Source: a virus (taxonomy: Duplodnaviria; Heunggongvirae; Uroviricota; Caudoviricetes). From it: DNA of 34,489 nucleotides. Location: IMG/VR virus record IMGVR_UViG_2541047695_000003; one strand, 5' to 3'. The notes under the pieces were generated by a model. It was not told where the DNA came from and ran no database searches. It was given only the letters and a program-made list of their open reading frames with translations. Shown here piece by piece: positions 6,327 to 17,100 of this stretch (positions within the stretch are counted from its first letter, which is position 1; each line of letters begins with the position of its first letter). The position numbers and the translations under genes were made by a program.

Positions 6327-8234
6327 ATGAAACTAATTTCTAATAAGGCCAAATTAAAAAAGATTCTCAGAAATGCAGCCAAATATATTACGCCACCGCC
6401 TAAACTCCTTCCATCGGAATGGTGCGAAGCTAATATGGTGCTGGTAGATGGTCCTCAAGCTGGGGATAAAGTTAAATTGCTGTCATTCCAGAAAGGTATG
6501 ATTGATGCTCCTTTCCTTGAGAACAAGAAAAAGTATGTTCTGATGACCAGTGCGCAGATCGGAAAGACTACCATCCTGAACGGCATCCTGTTTAACCAGA
6601 TGGCTAACGATCCATGCAATATGATTATCGGACAATCAACCGCTAAAGAAATGTCTCAATATCTCGCTGGTAAGATCCGACCGTCTATCGAAGCATGTGA
6701 TGCATTAAAAGACGTGGTTACAGACAAGAATGATCGCAATGCGGTTAACAACAATAACCAACTCCAGCTAAAAACGAATCACTTCCTGTACATGGTATCG
6801 CTTACCAGTCCATCAACCCTGCGCGGTAAGACTGCAAAGGTCGGACTACTAGACGAAATCGATGCTGCTACAGCCTCAGAAGAAGGTGATCCGGTGGCAC
6901 TGGCTGCTAACCGTTTAACTACCTTTGGCGATGAAGGCCGATTAGTCGTATCCAGTACCCCGACCAGTAAGCTCGGAAGCATTAACCAGCAATGGTTATC
7001 AAGCGATATGCGTATGTTTTTTGTTCCGTGTCCTCATTGCGGGGAACACCAGGTGATCGAGTGGGAAAACGTTCAATTTGAATGGCGTAACATCGATGGT
7101 AAGAACTTACCCGATCCTGATACCGCTCGTTATATTTGCCCCCACTGTAAGAACGCATGGACAGAAGGGGAACGAATCAGGGCAGTAGCGCAAGGCGAGT
7201 GGAGAGCAACCCGTGAAAGTGAAGTAGCAGGATTCTGGATTAGCCGTCTGTATTCACCTTTCAGCACGATCCGCGCTTGTGTGGTTGATTTTAGTCATGC
7301 GTGGCAATCCTTTGATTTACAATCATTTTATAACACCGTGTTAGGCAAGGTATACGATGATCAGGACACGGCAGTAGAAGCAAATGAACTGGAACAACTC
7401 AAAACAGATGTTTCTATCGAGAATATCCCTGATGACGTGATTTTCTTGTGCTCAGGAATTGACCAGCAATTGGATCGCGCAGAATCTACCATCTTAGGTG
7501 TAGCGAAAGATAAGGTTTACATTCTGGATCACCGTAGCTTTTACGATCATAACTGTGAACGATACGAATCACCTGTATGGGATCGTCTGGTTAACTTCAA
7601 GAAAACCAAATTCTATAACGTTAATGGTGAACGTGTGCCAATGCTCGCCAGCTTCCTCGATACATCAAACGGTCGATTCACTCAAGCCGGATACCGTATT
7701 TGTGGTAAGTGGAAGAACCTACACGCTATTAAAGGTAGTTCATCTGGTAATGCTCCAGTGATTCCGGTTAAACCTACCCGCACAGGTGGTCATGAATTGC
7801 TTATGCTGGGCGTTAACGTTGGTAAATCCGCTGTTCGTGAAATGCTGGTTAGAAACCTGAAAGATAATCCTCATATTGGCTTAGAAATATCAGAAACCGT
7901 TCCTGATGATTATCTCGATCAGCTTTTGAGTGAATCCATCAAGCGTACTACTACTGGTGTTCGTTGGGTGAAAAATCCAGGTAGTACCCGAAACGAGGCT
8001 CTCGACTGTCTGGTTTATAGCTATGCTGCTTCTCGCTACGTCCTTTCAAAAATGTCATGGGATAAACTCATTGCAATGAAAGACAGCTTAAACAGCGTTA
8101 AAGAAGAACCCGTAAAAGCTCCTGAATCGCAATCTGACGAGCAAATCGAAGAAACTAAGCCAATCACACGACCGCAACGTCAAAACATCGCCAGACGCCC
8201 AAATAGAGGCCGTAGCTGGGTAACATCGTTCTAA
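6327..8234 (+). CDS. Terminase large subunit, lambda gpA family (635 aa)
   Basis: By recall of lambda gpA: matching N-terminal EW-x-ANxxL...FQ segment, Walker-A-like SAQIGKT, CPHCGE...YICPHC zinc-ribbon-like pair, and C-terminal RNEALDC(L/F)VY motif; GAGGG SD; first gene of the long rightward structural operon. Confidence 0.9.
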   Translation: MKLISNKAKLKKILRNAAKYITPPPKLLPSEWCEANMVLVDGPQAGDKVKLLSFQKGMIDAPFLENKKKYVLMTSAQIGKTTILNGILFNQMANDPCNMIIGQSTAKEMSQYLAGKIRPSIEACDALKDVVTDKNDRNAVNNNNQLQLKTNHFLYMVSLTSPSTLRGKTAKVGLLDEIDAATASEEGDPVALAANRLTTFGDEGRLVVSSTPTSKLGSINQQWLSSDMRMFFVPCPHCGEHQVIEWENVQFEWRNIDGKNLPDPDTARYICPHCKNAWTEGERIRAVAQGEWRATRESEVAGFWISRLYSPFSTIRACVVDFSHAWQSFDLQSFYNTVLGKVYDDQDTAVEANELEQLKTDVSIENIPDDVIFLCSGIDQQLDRAESTILGVAKDKVYILDHRSFYDHNCERYESPVWDRLVNFKKTKFYNVNGERVPMLASFLDTSNGRFTQAGYRICGKWKNLHAIKGSSSGNAPVIPVKPTRTGGHELLMLGVNVGKSAVREMLVRNLKDNPHIGLEISETVPDDYLDQLLSESIKRTTTGVRWVKNPGSTRNEALDCLVYSYAASRYVLSKMSWDKLIAMKDSLNSVKEEPVKAPESQSDEQIEETKPITRPQRQNIARRPNRGRSWVTSF

Positions 8235-8240
8235 TAACTC

Positions 8241-8262
8241 GCCGTCCTTCGGGGCGGCTTAC
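8241..8262 (+). terminator. Hairpin GCCGTCC-TTCG-GGGCGGC after terminase gene (weak or attenuating terminator)
   Basis: 7-bp stem with UUCG loop; downstream only moderately T-rich, so termination is probably partial. Confidence 0.3.
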
Positions 8263-8306
8263 TCCTAAATATTGTTAATCCAATAACAATTAAATAAGGG
8301 GTAATT

Positions 8307-8804
8307 ATGAGTTTAGAACTAATTCCCTTAGTAATTCGTAAAGGCGAAAAAATCACGCTGGCGAATGAAGAGGGTGTAACAATTCAGGTAGGAAATAATA
8401 ATAAAGGTATCATTTATCAGGTTGATGATACTCCGGCTAATCACGAGATTAAAACCTTAGATTTTGCCGAAGGTAAATATACCATCGTAATAACTTTGGA
8501 AGAAGAACTGATATCAATGCAGGAATTAACTGTTTTACCAGTATTCGCCAAACAATCCAAAAAAGAATATCTGCGGGAAACTATCGCCTTAATCGAGCAA
8601 GTTATTTTCGCCCGTTTATCTGGGGACGAAGCCGCATTATCAGCAATGACAGTGAAAGGGAATACTTTCGCCTATGAGTCATTGGCTGTTCTCCAGACTC
8701 TAAAAGTCGATTATGAACGTCAACTGTCTAAATTAATTCAAGCCGAACGACGTAAACAGGGAATTAGCCCGATTAAAAATATCAAATTACGTCTTACGCG
8801 ATAA
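8307..8804 (+). CDS. Hypothetical protein (165 aa) between terminase and portal
   Basis: AAGGGG SD; position corresponds to small head-completion or joining genes in lambdoid head modules, but no motif recognised. Confidence 0.65.
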   Translation: MSLELIPLVIRKGEKITLANEEGVTIQVGNNNKGIIYQVDDTPANHEIKTLDFAEGKYTIVITLEEELISMQELTVLPVFAKQSKKEYLRETIALIEQVIFARLSGDEAALSAMTVKGNTFAYESLAVLQTLKVDYERQLSKLIQAERRKQGISPIKNIKLRLTR

Positions 8805-8814
8805 GGGGTAAATC

Positions 8815-10326
8815 ATGTTTAATCTTTTTCGACGCAAAAAGGCGGTAGAAACTCCAGTTAAAACTAATCACCGCCAGCAACAACCAAAAATTTTCATCGA
8901 TAAGCAAGTAGAAAAATTCCAGAAATCTCTGGCGACTCGTAGTTTAGGACTGGTTGGTGATCGTATTGATGGATCACTTCAACAAGACACCATTACAGGA
9001 ACCTTCAATAAGGCTCTCAAATCGAATGGTAAGCGCCTTTATGATCAGGGTCGTACTCTGGCCTTAAACACTTCCGTAGGCAGTCGCTACACGCAATACA
9101 TCACCGATATGGTGGTAGGTACTGGCCTAGATCCGAAGCCGTCAGTTGTTAAACCAAATGGAAAACTTGATAGCGCACTGAATAAGCAGATCGAGAATGC
9201 TTTCTGGAAGTGGGCGCAGAATGCTAAACGCTTCTCTCGCAATGGTCGTTTTAACTTCCGTGAATTGCTGGTAATGGCTGAACGTGAGCGCGTTATGGGT
9301 GGTGAGTGTTTCATCGTTTTAACTAAAGAAAACAATGAGTTAAATGTTTCTATCCTGTCTGCTGATAAATGCGACTGGTCGCTAAACCGTGAAATAAGCA
9401 AAGAGCGTGCGATATATCAAGGTGTGGAGTATGACGTAGAGACGATGAAGCCCGTAGCATACTGGTTTCGTAAAATCAACCTACTGACTCAGACCTACAC
9501 TGGTGATAACTATCGCGTCGATGCTTCGCAAGTATGCCATTATTATCAACCACTTGCGGCTGAATCCCTGCGTGGTGTGACTGACTTCCTGCCAGTGATT
9601 AAGGATATCGCACATCAAGACGCATTCCGCGAAACTGCGATCGTCCAGAAACGTATTGCGGCTAGTTCTATGGGCTTTATCGAACGTCCGAAAGATTCTG
9701 GTGACGATTTTGATACTGGTGAAGAGGATGAACAATATCAAGCGCCGGAAGTAGTACAGGATTTTGCACCTGGTACTATTCAGGAATTACCGGAAGGGGC
9801 AACGATCAAGAGCATCCAGGCGACGCAAAGCGGTGATGATTTCAAATCCTTTAACGATGCGATGTATGGTAGCGTCGCGATGGGCTTAGGCGTGTTTAAA
9901 CAGGGCTTGACTGGTGACACTAGCCAAATAAATTACAGCGCCAGTAGATTCGGTGATTTAATGCAACGACACCGCGTTAAAGCACTGCAAAACAAATTGA
10001 TTGAAACAGTGGTATTGCCAATTTTCGAAGCATATCTACGCCATTATTCCGCGCGTGGTATTGTTCCGATTCGTATTACTGCAATTCCGCATATTATCGA
10101 TAACACTACTATTATTCGTCCTCGTTTTGAATCCGTCGATCCATTTAAAGACGTAAGCGCCGAGATTGCTTTAATTGATAACGGACTTAAATCACGTACT
10201 GCCGTTATTCTTGAACGTGGTGATGATCCTGAAAAAGTATTCTCAGAGATTCAAGCCGAAAAGAGCGCACTAAATATTATCGTTAATGGCGAGGGTGAAG
10301 AAAAAAATTCCCCAGCCGATCCCTAA
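8815..10326 (+). CDS. Portal protein (503 aa), putative
   Basis: Size and position immediately downstream of terminase large subunit and upstream of protease/capsid; AAGGGG SD. Assignment is by synteny; not verified by homology. Confidence 0.7.
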   Translation: MFNLFRRKKAVETPVKTNHRQQQPKIFIDKQVEKFQKSLATRSLGLVGDRIDGSLQQDTITGTFNKALKSNGKRLYDQGRTLALNTSVGSRYTQYITDMVVGTGLDPKPSVVKPNGKLDSALNKQIENAFWKWAQNAKRFSRNGRFNFRELLVMAERERVMGGECFIVLTKENNELNVSILSADKCDWSLNREISKERAIYQGVEYDVETMKPVAYWFRKINLLTQTYTGDNYRVDASQVCHYYQPLAAESLRGVTDFLPVIKDIAHQDAFRETAIVQKRIAASSMGFIERPKDSGDDFDTGEEDEQYQAPEVVQDFAPGTIQELPEGATIKSIQATQSGDDFKSFNDAMYGSVAMGLGVFKQGLTGDTSQINYSASRFGDLMQRHRVKALQNKLIETVVLPIFEAYLRHYSARGIVPIRITAIPHIIDNTTIIRPRFESVDPFKDVSAEIALIDNGLKSRTAVILERGDDPEKVFSEIQAEKSALNIIVNGEGEEKNSPADP

Positions 10327-10371
10327 TAACCAACGGGGGCGCAATGTCCCCAATTAATTAAAGGTGATTAA

Positions 10372-12372
10372 ATGCTTAAATTTCGCCGCGATCTTAACGG
10401 TTACGGTGGAGTTATTAACGAAGGGCATAACGATCAATACGAATTTGAAATTGCTTTCTCCAGTGAACAGCCGTATCAGCGCCAATTCTGGGATGAGCAA
10501 AATCAAGAGATGGTGGTACTAGATGAAATTCTGGTACATACACCGGAAGCGGTTGATCTGTCTCGTCTGAATAATAACGCTCCGTTGCTGTTCAATCATA
10601 ATTTCGATAATCATTTAGGTGTAGTCTGCGACGCTCGAATCGATGCGGATAACGTAGGTCGTGCTCTGGTTAAATTCTCTAAGCATGGCACTTTGGCTAA
10701 TGATATTCGCAATAAAGTCATTGAAGGTACGATGGAAAAAATTTCTGTCGGCTATGACATTAAAGAATATCACATCGATTACGCCAAAGGGCAATTGATT
10801 GTTACTAAGTGGGCGCCCTATGAACTCTCATTTGTCACCGTTCCTGCTGACGATACGGTCGGTTTAAATCGCTCTCTAAATACTATCACAGTTAATTTGG
10901 AGGCTAAACGCGATATGACTAAAGAACAAATTGAAGAAATCAAAGAAGAACAAGAATCCGCTCAGGTTGAAGAAACTCCGGTAGAAGAAATTAAAGAATC
11001 GGAAGTTGAAGAAACTCAAGAGCGCCAAGTTGAAGAGAATAAAGAAGATGAAAATCTCGAAGACGGAAAAGACGCTGAACATCCTGAAAGTGTTGATGAT
11101 GATAGTTCAACTGTTCGGGAAGAAGAAATAAAAGAAGAACGTGAAGCTGCTCCGGTTGAAGAAGAAAAAATCGAAGAAGTGGCTGAACGTTCCGAAGAAG
11201 ACGAATTAGAAATTCGCGAAATTGCACGCGAACTAAATATTGATGACGAAGAATTGAAACGCGCATTGGCAATTAAAGACATGACGCCGGAAGCATTCCG
11301 CACTAAGGCACTAAATAATCTCGTCAATGCTCAACGTAATAACGAACAAATTAAGGACTCTAAAATGGAAAAAACTTTTGACCTGAACAACGTAATTCGC
11401 TCTCTGGTAGATGGTGCTGCTCTGGGTGCTAACGAAGCTGAATATTCCTCTATGGCTGCTGGTGCTGCGATGCAGCGTGGTCGTGCTGCTCGTGGTGGCT
11501 CTGTATTCGTTCCGGCTGCTGCTCTGCGTGCTGCTGCTGATGGTAACACCAAAACTACTCTGACCGCTGTAACTGACGAAAAACTGATGACTGAATCCTA
11601 CATCGAAATGCTGATGCCGGAATCTGTTCTGGGTCGTCTGGGTGTGACTGTTTACAGTGGCTTGAACTCCCCGACCGCTATTCCAAAAATGACCGCTTCC
11701 AGCGTTGACGCTTTCGGCTTCGTTGATGAAAACGGTGCTGCACCGGAAAGCAAAGCTGAATTTGCGAACGTGAAACTGTCTCCGAAAACTTTTGCTGGTG
11801 GCAACCCGATCAGCCGTCAGTCGCTGAAAACCGTTCCGGGCATCGCTACCCTGATCACTGATCACATTAACAAAGCTGTTCGTATCAAACTGGAACAACT
11901 GATTCTGTCTGATAAAGAAAATGCTCGTGGTCCGGCTGGTCTGGTTAAGCAACTGGTAGACGCTAGCCGCGTTACCAAGAAAGCTGCTTTCTCTTATAAA
12001 GACTTCCTGAAAGAAATTGCAGCACTGACCGACGCTGGCGTTCCTGCTCAGGCGATCAAGTTTGCAATGAGCGGTGCAACTGCTGCTGAACTGGAATCTA
12101 CCCTGAAAGATAACGGCGTTTCCGGTTATATCATCGAAAACGGCAAACTGGCTGGTTACGAAGTAGTTACTTCTGGCGTTATCCCGGCAGACCACATCGT
12201 TCTGGGTGACTTCTCCGGTATTACTATCGGTGAGTGGGGAGGTCTGGAACTCGACATGGATCTAACTACATATAGGGATCGTGGTGCGGTAGTGCCTCGT
12301 ATCTTTGTAGATTTGGACTACGTTGTAGCACAGCCGGAAGCCCTGAAAGTTCTTCACATCTCCGCTGAATGA
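10372..12372 (+). CDS. Fused prohead protease (HK97-type, S78-like) - acidic scaffold-like linker - major capsid protein (666 aa)
   Basis: N-terminal ~180 aa carry His (LFNHNFDNHLGVV) and Ser (EKISVGYDIKEY) motifs typical of HK97-family prohead proteases; residues ~190-330 are Glu-rich and coiled-coil-like; C-terminal ~330 aa have capsid-like composition (MEKTFDLNNVIRSL...AAGAAMQRGRAARGG...). Strong terminator follows. Confidence 0.85.
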   Translation: MLKFRRDLNGYGGVINEGHNDQYEFEIAFSSEQPYQRQFWDEQNQEMVVLDEILVHTPEAVDLSRLNNNAPLLFNHNFDNHLGVVCDARIDADNVGRALVKFSKHGTLANDIRNKVIEGTMEKISVGYDIKEYHIDYAKGQLIVTKWAPYELSFVTVPADDTVGLNRSLNTITVNLEAKRDMTKEQIEEIKEEQESAQVEETPVEEIKESEVEETQERQVEENKEDENLEDGKDAEHPESVDDDSSTVREEEIKEEREAAPVEEEKIEEVAERSEEDELEIREIARELNIDDEELKRALAIKDMTPEAFRTKALNNLVNAQRNNEQIKDSKMEKTFDLNNVIRSLVDGAALGANEAEYSSMAAGAAMQRGRAARGGSVFVPAAALRAAADGNTKTTLTAVTDEKLMTESYIEMLMPESVLGRLGVTVYSGLNSPTAIPKMTASSVDAFGFVDENGAAPESKAEFANVKLSPKTFAGGNPISRQSLKTVPGIATLITDHINKAVRIKLEQLILSDKENARGPAGLVKQLVDASRVTKKAAFSYKDFLKEIAALTDAGVPAQAIKFAMSGATAAELESTLKDNGVSGYIIENGKLAGYEVVTSGVIPADHIVLGDFSGITIGEWGGLELDMDLTTYRDRGAVVPRIFVDLDYVVAQPEALKVLHISAE

Positions 12373-12509
12373 ACTCCTGTAGAACCTTCTGAACCTTCCC
12401 CCGATTTGGGGGAAGAAAATCTGATTCCATCTCAGGAAGAAGAAGTTCAAGAGGTTACGGCGAAAGCCACAGTTAAAAAAGAACGTAAGACTAAAGCAAA
12501 ATAATAATT

Positions 12510-12537
12510 AGCCCTGCCTTAATGGTGGGGCTTTTTT
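12510..12537 (+). terminator. Rho-independent terminator after capsid gene
   Basis: GCCC...GGGGC hairpin followed by TTTTTTG at 12531-12537. Confidence 0.6.
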
Positions 12538-12567
12538 GTATGTAAATACTCCATAAAGGGGGTAACT

Positions 12568-12858
12568 ATGTTCAAATTATCAGAATCACAATTATCAAGA
12601 ATGTTTCGAAGTGCTCCTGTATTTTCGGTGGAAGGTGGTAAATCAATTCGTGCTTATCATGAAATTACCACTACCGACGAACAAGGGGTAATTACAGAAT
12701 CAGAATTTCTATTTTGTCGTGAGGGAGACTTAAATCAGGGTGATGTTGTCATTGTAGACGGTGAACGCTTCAAAGTTCAATACGTTAAGCGCAATGGTGA
12801 TAATACTTCTGATTGCTTTATTGCTCGTGCAGGGGGTACACATGCTCGCTACCGTTAA
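12568..12858 (+). CDS. Hypothetical head-tail connector / head completion candidate (96 aa)
   Basis: Small ORF immediately after the capsid gene and terminator; assignment by position only. Confidence 0.6.
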   Translation: MFKLSESQLSRMFRSAPVFSVEGGKSIRAYHEITTTDEQGVITESEFLFCREGDLNQGDVVIVDGERFKVQYVKRNGDNTSDCFIARAGGTHARYR

Positions 12859-13264
12859 TAATATGCCTAGACTGAAAATTAAACGCGCCTTGCAGGATAT
12901 TATCGAACAAGATTTAGGTCTGGCTTTAAACGTAGAACAAACTCAGCAAGGCTTTAGTGATGATGTGGTTTGTTGGATTACCGGAATGAATGAGACTTAC
13001 AATAGGGTCCGTGGTGGTAATGCAATGCAAGCTGAATGCGTTATCGAAATGCAGTTGTATTCTCAGAATCATGAAACCAAAATTCATGAGGGTATTTGCC
13101 AGATAATCCAGATTCAGCCTGATAATCCACGTTTTAAAGATTTGGGCTTCTCTATTTCAGATATCACTCCAGTAGCTTCTAATACCGATTATGACGATGA
13201 TTCTAGTGATGGGGGTATCGTTGGGACACTTAGCCTTAAATTTTCTTATCTAGCGCGTTTTTAA
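12842..13264 (+). CDS. Hypothetical head-tail joining candidate (141 aa)
   Basis: Start reassigned to ATG 12842 (AGGGGG SD at about 7 nt) rather than track start 12761; overlaps the previous gene by 17 nt in a different frame. Confidence 0.55.
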   Translation: MLATVNNMPRLKIKRALQDIIEQDLGLALNVEQTQQGFSDDVVCWITGMNETYNRVRGGNAMQAECVIEMQLYSQNHETKIHEGICQIIQIQPDNPRFKDLGFSISDITPVASNTDYDDDSSDGGIVGTLSLKFSYLARF

Positions 13265-13273
13265 GGGGTAATA

Positions 13274-14107
13274 ATGAATATTACACAAGATAACTTAGAC
13301 ATTTTCACGGGGTCACATGTTGAAGTCTCCGTGTCTACTATGGTGGATAACCAGCCGGACTTTTTCGATCCTGCATTTAGTCCTATCGAGAACATCGCAG
13401 CATTCCCGACGATAACCGAATCCACAGAGATCCAGACGTTAGAAGAGTATGATCAGGACGCTACGGGGAAACTTGCTGGTTATCGTAAACTTGAATCAAC
13501 TACGTTAGTAGTAAACCGTGTTCTGGATGACGAACATCAAGACATGTTGATGAAAGCGGTGAATGATAAAACTCCTTTACGCTTTCGTATGTTCTATGTT
13601 GTGAACTCTGGCTATAGTGCTGCTAACACAGGTTACTACGTCATTTTTGACGCTTATGTCTCGTCACATAAAACAAAATCCGGTGATAACAAAGTTACTA
13701 CAATCGAGTTTAAATTAGAACCTGATGGCGGGATTCTAGATCGCGGTATTGCTACCGAAGGCCGGATCTTACGTCAAGGTGATTTTGGTTTGGGCGCTGG
13801 TGTACATCCATTCACAGGTCCGATTGATAGCGAAGCATTAGCCGGAAACCGTTTCGTAACTTATCAGGGATCGAGCGTATCTAATCCATTTAGTGCTGAT
13901 ACTTCACTAATTCACGTTCAACCTAATGAAGATGGTGGATGGCAATTAACTTGCACCGCTTCCGGCGCACCACGTTTACGAGTTCGCACAGTCCAGAAAG
14001 ACGGTAATTCTGGATGGGTGAAAGTGTATTCCACAGAAGAAAAACCGACACCAGCCGAGATTGAAGCCGTTTCTATCCATGACCGGATCGACTTCGGGGA
14101 ATACTGA
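13274..14107 (+). CDS. Tail-tube-like protein, long paralog (277 aa) with C-terminal extension
   Basis: N-terminal ~160 aa align by eye with ORF 18705-19175 (DIF(T/S)G...I-x3-AAFP...H-x2-(L/M)-x-KA...DG); C-terminal part carries a KPTPAEI motif identical to one inside the tail fibre (14181-17705). Confidence 0.65.
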   Translation: MNITQDNLDIFTGSHVEVSVSTMVDNQPDFFDPAFSPIENIAAFPTITESTEIQTLEEYDQDATGKLAGYRKLESTTLVVNRVLDDEHQDMLMKAVNDKTPLRFRMFYVVNSGYSAANTGYYVIFDAYVSSHKTKSGDNKVTTIEFKLEPDGGILDRGIATEGRILRQGDFGLGAGVHPFTGPIDSEALAGNRFVTYQGSSVSNPFSADTSLIHVQPNEDGGWQLTCTASGAPRLRVRTVQKDGNSGWVKVYSTEEKPTPAEIEAVSIHDRIDFGEY

Positions 14108-14133
14108 TTGCTTCTCTAAATAAAACATGACGC

Positions 14134-14165
14134 GGGAGGTTAACGCCTCCCTTATTCCTGTTTTA
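14134..14165 (+). terminator. Hairpin GGGAGG-TTAACG-CCTCCC followed by T-rich tract
   Basis: 6-bp GC stem followed by TTATTCCTGTTTTAT; lies between the tube-like gene and the fibre gene. Confidence 0.4.
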
Positions 14166-14180
14166 TAGTGAGGTGATTCG

Positions 14181-17100
14181 ATGCAGTCGATCCAATTTAA
14201 ACGAACAAATGTTTCTGGCAAAAAACCAACGCCGGAACAATTACAGGTCGGTGAGGTAGCAATCAACCTTAAAGACCATGTTATTTTTACCAAAGACCGA
14301 GATCATGAAGTAGTTCAAATCTCTGTTTCTCCTGAAACTCACGCGGCACTAGAATCTAAAGTTGATGCTAATAAAAAAGAACTGGATAGCACAATTGCAG
14401 TAAATGACCGCAATATTCACGCTAAAGTAGATGAAATTAAACAAACTACTGATGCAACCATCGCAGCAAATCACGCAGAAATTAACAATAAAGTTGATGT
14501 AATTAAACGCGAAACCGACGCGACAATCGAGGCCAATAAAAATAAAGCTGCTTCCGATCTTGCTGGTGTTAAAGCTGAATTGTCGGATACCATCAACGCT
14601 AATAAAAATGCGGCTGCTGTAGCAACTCAGGAACTGGACACCCGCATCAATAAAAAAGTTGATGATATTAAATCCCGTACCGATGCAACCATCGCAAGCA
14701 ATGACAAAGCAATCAATGACAAAGTTGATTTGATTAAGGCAGAAACTGACCGCACTATCGCAGCAAATCACGCCTATGCGGAAAATCAGTTAACTGACAC
14801 CTACAATAACCTTACTGGTGTGATTGCAGCCAATAAGCAAGAGGCAGCGGATAACGTCGCAGCATTAACCCGTGATGTTGAAGCCAAAAATACAGCAATT
14901 CATAGCAAAGTTGACAATAACAAGTCTTACACTGATTCTGAATTGGCACGTTTAGAAAGCCGTATTGATGCAGCCGATGGATCTGCTGATGGCAAGTACA
15001 TCAAAAAACACGTAAACACTTATACTGATGGTTATTTGCTGTCTAAGACCGCAAACTATTTTGATGATCCAAATGCGCGTAATCTTGATTACTTTGGTGC
15101 ATTCCGCATGAATGACCTGGCGGGTCATATTGCAATGATCTTGCATGTTCCGCATCCATCTGGTGTTAATCATGCTCGTGGCTTCGAGTTCACTTATGGG
15201 TCTAATCCACATGCTACTGTAAGAACATACGGCTATGATGAATTGGGACATTTGGCATATTCTCACCGCATGTATCATGAAGGTGATAAACCTACTCCGG
15301 CTGAAATTGGCGCATATTCGAAAGCAGAAATTGACCGACTGTTCCAGAAGACGCTTAATTTTGGTATCGAGGGTGGTTGGTTTAAACTAGGCACTTTGAC
15401 AATGCCACAACAACACGGTCGCACGGCTAAGATCCGTTTGGTTGGTGGTAACGGTTATAACGTAGGACATAATGGACAAGCCAATATTATCGAATTGGTG
15501 ATTCGATGCGGCAACAATAGCCCGAAAGGTGTTGTATTCAATGCGTATTATACTATTTGGCATCATGAACAACATTTTTGCGCTATTCCAACCGATGGCG
15601 ACAATTACGATCTTTACGCTTACTACGGTGCACATACAGGATTTGTTTTAGCAGAATATCAAGTTTCTTCCGGTGGTGTTTCTTTAAACCTGTTGGATAC
15701 TCCTGAATATCTGGGTGGTGAAAAACCTGTTGCAGATGAAATTTTTGATGCTCTTAACATTTCATCGTTCAATAACTTTAGCAACCGTGGGACGTTAAAT
15801 TTTGCTGGCAATCATCAAGGCCAATATGATATTGAGCATTTAAACGAACAACCGACAAATGCTAAAAAGATGTTGCGTCGCTTCCGTAGTTGTGCACCAG
15901 CTACAATCTGGCATGAGACAGTTGATGATAACGCATATCGTCTTGCTACTGGATACGAAGATACAAATCAGGAATTATTGCTGTCAGCAACATCCGGGTT
16001 ACATGTCAAGAAATTAACATTGGATGGCGGTGTTACTGGAAATTCTGGTATTGATATTCGTCGAGGACCAAACGAATCAAGCCATTTTAATTTCATGGAT
16101 TATCGCACTGGACAAGATGTTCGTAATGGCTGGTTTGGCTTCGGTGATGGTCAGACCAAAGATTTTATTTGGTGGAACGATAACGGTCAAAACTCTATAA
16201 ACCTGATTGAAGATGGTGAATTGCATATTACTGGCGGTAAAGGCCAGAAAATTGTAATGAATAGCGAAGTTGCATTATCTGAAAATGCTCGTTTGGCTGT
16301 CAAAGGTGGTAACTATGGTTTAATCCTTCGTAATGATGGTTCTAGCTTCCATATTCTTACTACCGATTTAAAAGATTCCTTTGGGACGTGGAACACTCGT
16401 AGACCATTTAGTTATGATTTCGCCGAAGGTGGATTAGATCTAGGTGGCACAGCTACCGCACGCTGTTTACATCTGGGAATTGATGGTAGCACCCGCATCG
16501 AAGATAATATGGTGTTTAGATCAGGGTCTCGTCAGTCAATGGACTATATTGAATTAATCCATTGGGGTAACAGTAATACCGCTCGTAACAACGTTTTGAG
16601 TATGAAAGACTCGAAAGGATTCCTTGCTGAATTTGAACGCGTGGGGGGTACTAACGGCGTTAAAACCAGATTCTTTGGCGAAACATTCACTGACGGTACA
16701 TTATACCTAAATCAGATGAATAATAGCTCTGAACGATTCTCTATCAATAACTGGGGAAATTCAGAAGTTGGTCGCGCGGCAGTGATGGAAGTCGGTGATT
16801 CCAAAGGTTATCACTTCTATACTGAACGTAGGACAGATAACAGTTTGATGTTTGATGTTGCTGGCGCTTTTACTGTGCATGGACCTTCCGGGATTACTAT
16901 CAAAAACTCTGCTGGTGCTCGCCACGTCTGGTTTAGAGATGATAGCGATACGGAAAAGGCTGTTATCTGGGCTACAGATGAGGGTATTTTACATATTCGC
17001 AATAACCACGGTGGACAATTTACACATCACTTCCAGGGCGCGATGATTAAACTGGAAGGGCGTGTTCCTTATGCCGCAGATCAAGGACTTATCCGTGGTG

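Noticed and set aside
10876-12195. Minus-strand track ORFs (68-294 aa) antisense to the capsid fusion gene
   Set aside because: Low-complexity Ser/Phe/Leu-rich products arising from the antisense of the Glu-rich and Ala/Gly-rich coding regions; they would interrupt a conserved rightward structural operon.
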